Shown piece by piece: positions 1-510 of a stretch of 510 nucleotides of DNA; position 1 is the first letter of the stretch, and every line of letters starts with the position of its first letter. Location: assembly GCF_003334255.1 (NCBI RefSeq), contig NZ_QOWU01000228.1; one strand, written 5' to 3'. Under the pieces are notes generated by a model, which saw nothing but the letters and a program-made list of their open reading frames with translations, did not search any database and was not told the DNA's origin. This stretch comes from Escherichia coli. Lineage in GTDB: Bacteria > Pseudomonadota > Gammaproteobacteria > Enterobacterales > Enterobacteriaceae. Both the position numbers and the translations under genes were made by a program.

Positions 1-138
1 GGCCTTGAACTGAAAGCGCCTGTAACTGATGACATCAGCAGAGCACTGGCTTTTGCCATTAAGTGGGTGGCGGTCGGTGTTGCTGTGTCCCCGATGCTGT
101 ATGGGCTGGCAAAACTGGTCATTGCGTTGAAATCGTGA
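1..138 (+). CDS. 3' end of an unidentified ORF (5'-truncated by the window); C-terminal 45 aa with a hydrophobic, possibly membrane-associated tail
   Basis: Frame 1 is the only + strand frame open from position 1 (frames 2 and 3 hit stops within the first 30 nt). It translates to [45 protein letters not shown] and ends at TGA 136-138. The stop sits immediately before the RBS of the next gene, giving operon-like packing. No family recognised; it does not resemble the C-termini of lambda R or P22 gp19 endolysins as I recall them. Confidence 0.4.
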   Translation, partial: GLELKAPVTDDISRALAFAIKWVAVGVAVSPMLYGLAKLVIALKS

Positions 139-139
139 A

Positions 140-146
140 GGGAGGA
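140..146 (+). promoter_or_regulatory. Shine-Dalgarno (GGGAGGA) for the small membrane protein gene
   Basis: GGGAGGA at 140-146, core GGAGG at 141-145, about 7 nt upstream of ATG 153. Strong match to the anti-SD complement with canonical spacing. Confidence 0.6.
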
Positions 147-152
147 TTAAGC

Positions 153-284
153 ATGTCAGACAAACTCATAACGCTGGCGAAGATCCTCTGTGTAATTGTC
201 GGCATTTCATTTTCACTAATGCTGGTTGCTCTTTTTCTTTCCATGGCCTGGATGATGTTGTCTTCGTCGGGGCTGCTGGGGTGA
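153..284 (+). CDS. Small single-pass membrane protein, 43 aa, function unknown (lysis-cassette-associated)
   Basis: ATG 153 preceded by a strong SD; stop TGA 282-284. Translation [43 protein letters not shown]: short charged N-terminus (D, K, K), then about 26 uninterrupted hydrophobic residues, then a short Ser/Gly tail, consistent with an N-in single transmembrane helix. The track ORF 63-284 shares this frame, but its first 30 codons start at GTG without an RBS and overlap the frame-1 ORF, so ATG 153 is the likelier start. Confidence 0.6.
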   Translation: MSDKLITLAKILCVIVGISFSLMLVALFLSMAWMMLSSSGLLG

Positions 285-295
285 ACATAAACCGA

Positions 296-510
296 ATGCT
301 TTCCGCGTTTATCGTTATTCTGCTGGTGGCCTGTGGAGCGCTGTGGATGGCAACAGACCATTACCGTGATAACGCGATTACCTACAAAGCGCAGCGCGAT
401 AACAAAGCCAGTGAACTGAAGCTGGCGAACGCAACCATTACTGATATGCAGGTGCGCCAGCGCGATGTTGCTGCGCTCGATGCAAAATACTCGAGGGAAT
501 TAGCCGATGC
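296..510 (+). CDS. Rz: Rz-type inner-membrane spanin (i-spanin), N-terminal part; 3'-truncated by the window
   Basis: Frame 2 from ATG 296 reads [71 protein letters not shown] and is still open at the window end. N-terminal hydrophobic signal-anchor ([18 protein letters not shown]) followed by a charged, helix-prone periplasmic region. From [14 protein letters not shown] to [13 protein letters not shown] it closely matches lambda Rz as I recall it (memory, not a database hit). Missing from the ORF track, presumably because it has no stop inside the window. An alternative in-frame start is GTG 281. Confidence 0.85.
   Translation, partial: MLSAFIVILLVACGALWMATDHYRDNAITYKAQRDNKASELKLANATITDMQVRQRDVAALDAKYSRELAD
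493..498 (+). promoter_or_regulatory. Probable Shine-Dalgarno (GAGGGA) for the embedded Rz1-like gene
   Basis: GAGGGA at 493-498 lies inside the Rz reading frame a few nt upstream of ATG 507. Lambda has AAGGAG at the equivalent position ahead of the Rz1 start (recalled). Confidence 0.4.
507..510 (+). CDS. Rz1: Probable start of the embedded o-spanin (Rz1-like lipoprotein) in the +1 frame of Rz; only the start codon is inside the window
   Basis: ATG at 507-509 is in frame 3, i.e. +1 relative to Rz. It spans the D and A codons of the Rz motif ELADA, which is where lambda Rz1 starts (MLKLKMM...) as I recall it. The coding body lies beyond the window, so the signal peptide and lipobox cannot be checked. 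Confidence 0.5.

Noticed and set aside
63-152. N-terminal 30-codon extension of the track ORF 63-284 (GTG start; [30 protein letters not shown])
   Set aside because: It starts at GTG with no recognisable RBS, overlaps the frame-1 upstream ORF across its entire length, and has a Cys/Gly-rich composition that is not protein-like. A strong SD sits directly before the internal ATG 153, which is the more plausible start.
131-295. Frame-2 open stretch continuous with Rz back to position 131 (potential long N-terminal extension of Rz)
   Set aside because: It contains no ATG or TTG and only one GTG (at 281, treated separately). Its translation ([28 protein letters not shown]...) is not protein-like, and it overlaps the small-protein gene in another frame. 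It is open by chance.
119-361. Minus-strand ORF, 80 aa ([80 protein letters not shown])
   Set aside because: It is antisense to the well-supported small membrane protein gene and the Rz start. No SD is evident upstream of its ATG (plus-strand 359-361). The composition is unremarkable and no homology is recognised. Most likely a shadow ORF opposite real coding sequence.
366-408. Short direct repeat of GATAAC / CGCGATAAC motifs within Rz
   Set aside because: Explained by repeated Asp-Asn codons (RDNA and RDNK) in the coding sequence. Too short and too few copies to indicate a regulatory repeat or binding-site array.
1-510. Looked for intrinsic terminators, sigma70 promoters, tRNA or ncRNA, CRISPR repeats and IS ends
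   Set aside because: No GC-rich hairpin followed by a U-tract, no convincing -35/-10 pair in the short intergenic gaps, and no repeat-spacer periodicity. The genes are tightly packed and apparently co-transcribed from a promoter outside the window.

Overview
The window looks like part of a lambdoid phage or prophage lysis cassette from an enterobacterial-type genome. Reading left to right on the + strand: (1) the last 45 codons of an unidentified ORF (1-138) ending in a hydrophobic segment; (2) a tightly packed gene for a 43-aa single-pass membrane protein (153-284) with a strong Shine-Dalgarno, which I cannot assign to any known family; (3) the 5' portion of an Rz-type inner-membrane spanin gene (296-510, runs off the window), which from [14 protein letters not shown] onward matches phage lambda Rz as I remember it; (4) at 507-509, the probable start codon of the embedded +1-frame Rz1-like outer-membrane spanin, at the same position as lambda Rz1. 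No RNA genes, CRISPR, mobile-element ends or terminators are visible. The points worth follow-up are the uncharacterised small membrane protein sitting where an endolysin would normally precede Rz, an apparent mosaic junction inside Rz, and the ambiguous, possibly translationally coupled Rz start. All homology statements are from memory, not from a search.
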